Program-made: the position numbers and the translations under genes
Part shown: positions 59,755-64,000 of the stretch, one piece after another
Numbering within the stretch: position 1 is the first letter of the stretch
How the letters are laid out: every line of letters starts with the position of its first letter
Notes under the pieces: generated by a model
The model's input: only the letters and a program-made list of their open reading frames with translations
Told to the model about the DNA's origin: nothing
Database searches by the model: none
Assembly: GCA_964035545.1 (NCBI GenBank)
Contig: OZ037768.1
Location: forward strand, 11,564,741-11,628,740
DNA length: 64,000 bases
Direction of reading: 5' to 3'
DNA from: Bugula neritina
Taxonomy: Eukaryota; Animalia; Bryozoa

Positions 59755-62700
59755 ATATATATATATTGACAATAAGGCACTGTTATATACAATTAGGCCT
59801 ATTTGATTTTCACTGACTTGCTTTTTATGTTTGGGGAGATGATATGCATAACTGGAAAACTTAGTGCTGAAAATAAAATTTAAGTTTTTTCCAATAAATC
59901 TATTGTGGGAACTTGGGCACACCTTCCAATAAAATTGTGTACTTTCAGCAGAATTCCACGCAAAGTTATGTAATCAGATGTTGCATATGAAGCATGCAAA
60001 CACCATTGATTATAGGTACTTATTGCAAATAAAATAAAATGGAATTTCGCAAAGACACTCGATTTGGTTATTATTTATATAGACTGCAAATTACGACATT
60101 ATGAGGGTTATGCCAGTTTTGCTTTTGGCAATTGATAAAGAGTTGTTCTTGCAGTTTAATGATAATAAAACAAATTATTGTTCCATGTGCAAAATATATT
60201 AGTTATATTGCTGTATAATTTACAATACACCTTAGAATAATTTAGTGTACGCCTAAAATAGCATTATATTATTTTAGATTTTCTTAAACCATAAAAGTCA
60301 AAGCAACTCTAATAACATAATGATTACCAAATATTTTGGAGTTGTCTACTCTTGTTCTATCTATTTCAAATTTTTAATGCGCTCTTGTTTTTCAATCCTT
60401 TACAATACTAAATATAAATAACACACAAATAGTCTCCATTTTTTTTAATTTTTATTTAACTGAAAGCAATATTTGCTTTTAGCTTTTTAATAAGGCTTTT
60501 AGAAAAATAAAATTCGTTTTATTAAAGAGTAATTTACATTGACCAATTGGCATGAGAAAGAAAGTTCCCGGATGTGGTATGCTAGCAATGGTTGGTAATT
60601 TTTTCAACAACTTCTATACCAAAAGTATTTAGTGTGTTTAAAAATTGAAGTTTTAGTACCAATATGATAAATTATATGCCGATGAATTGCTTCCAATGGT
60701 AGTAAAACCTTATTCTCTTCTTCTCTGTGCATTTTGATTAAATTCATACTTATCTAGGCACCATTAACATGAGTTGGAAATACCAAATAACCAAATCCAA
60801 TACTCACATTTTCACAGTGCAACTGAATCAATATCATCTTCATGATGATGAATGTTATACACTATGATACTGTGTGATAGTGATACTGATAATCAATACT
60901 GATACTGATAGTCTCACTGATACTGATACAATTATTTGAACTCAGAGTCATAGGAATACTCATAGTCGTACTGAAACTTCAACTTGAAGTTGAAAATGAA
61001 TTAGTGAATTACTCATTTTGTTTTCTGTAAAATTAAAAATAGTAATACTAATAGTAATAGTAATAATTCCCCAGTAAAATTAAGGTAAACTATTCTTAAG
61101 ACTTATAATTAAAGTATTAGTTATAGATAATACTAATGGTAGTGCTACTGTTCTTATGGTTATAGTTATTACTGATTAGTAATTGTTATGGCTAATGCTA
61201 TTGAGTATTTCAATTTATAATTATTACCATTTAAAAATTAAAACATTAGCATCTCTAGTCTGAGTCTCCAAATCTCTAACAAAACACCTAACAGTTCAGT
61301 AACGATAACTAAGTAAAGTCTGAGTGTAAGTCTAAAACTAACTATACGAGTATAACTATATCATAAGTATATGTACTTCAACTTGTAGTAGTGTTGTAGT
61401 AAATGTAAATACTAATACTGAGTACTAATAGTAATAGGAATACTAATAGTCATGGTACTGGTTGTAGCTATGCTGCTACTGCTAGTTTATTACAGTTATT
61501 ATTACTATTAGACTTACTTTTACTCTTAGTATTACTATTAGACATAGTAATAAGTCTTGTCTCTGGCTCCTACCTTTAAAGTTGAGTAGTATTACAGACT
61601 TTACAGTTTCTATAAGTACAACTATTAGTAATATTATTACTATTACTATTGGTAATAAATATAATAATAATTATAATTAATATAATTAATTTATTATTAT
61701 CGTAATCTTAGTATCACTCCATATGGTGATTATAAGTAGTATGACTAAGTATTACATTTAGTAGCAGTAAAAGTAAAACTTTTACTACTTGAACTTACAT
61801 GAGTTTTACTTTTATTACTCATTAGTTTAATGGTTATTTGTAACTTCCAGTAATTGGTTTCTTTTAGGGTCATGCTTATAGCTGTTATAAATTATAACTA
61901 TATAATAAATATAATAACATTAAAATAAGTATAGCTAATTATACTTAATTTGTATTATAGCTTTTATTTATTATAATTGTGTCTACTGTTGATGTTATTC
62001 ATGAGTAATAGTTTTACTTGCATTTACAATTACTTACTGTAGGTGTTTTTGATACCAATTTATCAATCATCAGTGTGATACTGAGTTACTTTTATTAGTA
62101 TTATTGTTAGTTGCACTAAGTACTACTGCAATGCTAATTGTAAATAGAATTGTAATGTTGATAGTTGCTGTATCTGGTGATCACTAGTGTAGTCTAATAA
62201 AACCGTAATGTGTTGAGTAAGAGATAGTCATAAGTTTCCATATGATTACATATGATTAAATGAGTGCTATATAATAATTTGAATTGTAATTTTTTTAAAT
62301 AATAACATTACAATTGTTTCTTCTAGGTTTACTTTTTTAATTAAGACTATTGTTATTACACTTAAATCTTATCTGAAGAAATAACTTAGTTAATGGATAT
62401 GGGGATTGTTTTCTTATAATTTAATGCTGTCCCCAGTCTCTTCTTGATAAGAGATGCTAGTTCAGGTTTAATTTTACATATCCTAAAGTTCAAAGTTGAT
62501 CACAAGAGTTTGACTTTTTTCATGATATAAGAATTTAAGTTTCATATAGATATAATTCACACAAGCAACTTACATTAATGCTTAGTTTAAGTCATGATGC
62601 TGATTATATGCCATATTAAGGTTAGGACAAGAGCTGTCTGTTACAAACCTGTACCATGAATAGATTTTTAATCATAAATTAATATTTAATAACTGTGACT

Positions 62701-64000
62701 AGTAGCACTAGTGATTGACTCCTACATCTATGCTTTCATGATCACCCTGGTGCAGAGAACAAATGATTTTTATAACATTGAGGTTACTAATGTCTGTAAA
62801 TCTGATGTTCACATTTTCCATAAACTTCCTAGTTGATAAAAAGTTTCAACTTTTACTGTTGTTATTGCTATTATTTTCTTATTGAAAGATGCTGTGTTGC
62901 ATTAGTCACTGATATTGGCCAGTTGGCAGTCTATAGGTTACTCTTTTTTACTGAAAAAGAAGTGTTTTGTTTAGTTATTTTCAGGACCCATTCACATTTA
63001 AAAAACCTTAGTTTAAGTATTTATTTATTGCCTTAGTATTTGGACACATGACTAATGAGCACTCCATGAATACATGATTTTTAACCAGCCTTTTTGTTTT
63101 CTCAGTGGCTTTTCTTGACATCAGAATATAGGTTGTTCACAAAAATGTCAGTTCAGTTCAGGTTGAATTTAAAACAATTTTTCAACTTATGCCAGATTTG
63201 AGAGCAGTATAGTTACTACTCAGTCTTTTAAAACATGGTAAAATTCAACTGAAATATGTATGTTTTTAGGGACACTCATTGACATATATCTGAGCAATTT
63301 TTAGCTATATGTTTGTTTTTAATACAACTTCAAATGTGTAGTTAATAGGCAGGTTTGTACATCTGGTACTACAAAACTCATCAAGCATTGCTAAGATTGA
63401 ACAACTACATGCTGACTTATTTTTTGATTATTTTTTCTTTTATGAAAATACTCTGTCATCAAATTTTTTGAGAAAATTGTAGCTGTTTTTTTAAGGAGTT
63501 ACCATCTTGATTGCAAAACTTTTTCTATTCTAAAATATGAAAACTGGAAAAGTTCTGACTGCAGTTTGAGCTTACTACAAACTGTATGAGATACTGTTTT
63601 ACTTCATCCAATACATTTCCTGTAACATTTAATGATCACAAGTTATCTCGTTGTTCGATCAAGTCCCTGCGCTAGTAGTTGGTAGTTTTTAACTATTTTT
63701 TACTAGATTTAACTTGAGTCATTCATCAAAACAGGCATTCTGGAATCTAAGCCAGATAATTAGTACACATGTTCTTGTATCTTTTGACTGGGAAAGGGAG
63801 GGCAACTTGTTTCACTCAAAAAATTACAGAAATTGCCAAAATTAACATTATGGGTACTAGCTATCGTGTTCCTTGTGTGAACGGTTTTAGTTGCTGCTAA
63901 ATGCATAAGTATGGGAAAAATAAACAGATACTTTAGTTTCTGGAGTCTTTTTCTGAATCTGTGAAACCTTATAGACTGTAACACTGGTTGGGACTCTGTC

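Noticed and set aside
60700-60845. Minus-strand two-exon peptide MKMILIQLHCEN-ISMNLIKMHREEENK
   Set aside because: Splice-like signals are present, but there is no recognisable homology or continuing exon; not supportable as a CDS.

Overview
AT-rich, intron-dense invertebrate genomic DNA (lophotrochozoan-like by inference). Ten spliced genes were assembled by hand, in order: 3' end of a choline transporter-like gene (SLC44A1/CTL1-like, +); RP2 (-, GC-AG intron); two tandem paralogous unnamed adaptors with SH2 / proline-rich / CxCG-WW / Tyr-rich-tail architecture (+,+); a group III secreted phospholipase A2 with a long pro-domain (-); CATIP (-); SPC25 (+); RPL27 (-); Rab2 (+); and a strongly diverged Rab2 duplicate (+). 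Repeats include a tRNA-derived SINE (3 copies), three MITE families, a LINE RT relic, a possible non-autonomous Helitron, and mini/microsatellites. Best leads: (1) the SH2-WW adaptor pair with a conserved ITAM-like tail; (2) the Rab2 duplicate, which carries substitutions at the Ras-F28 and K147 equivalents plus a Ras-like switch I, predicting a fast-cycling GTPase; (3) TAG/CTA/AGT/ACT-rich islands at gene 5' ends; (4) a stray CATIP exon-2 copy with intact splice sites. All exon structures come from manual reading and translation, with no database or RNA support.
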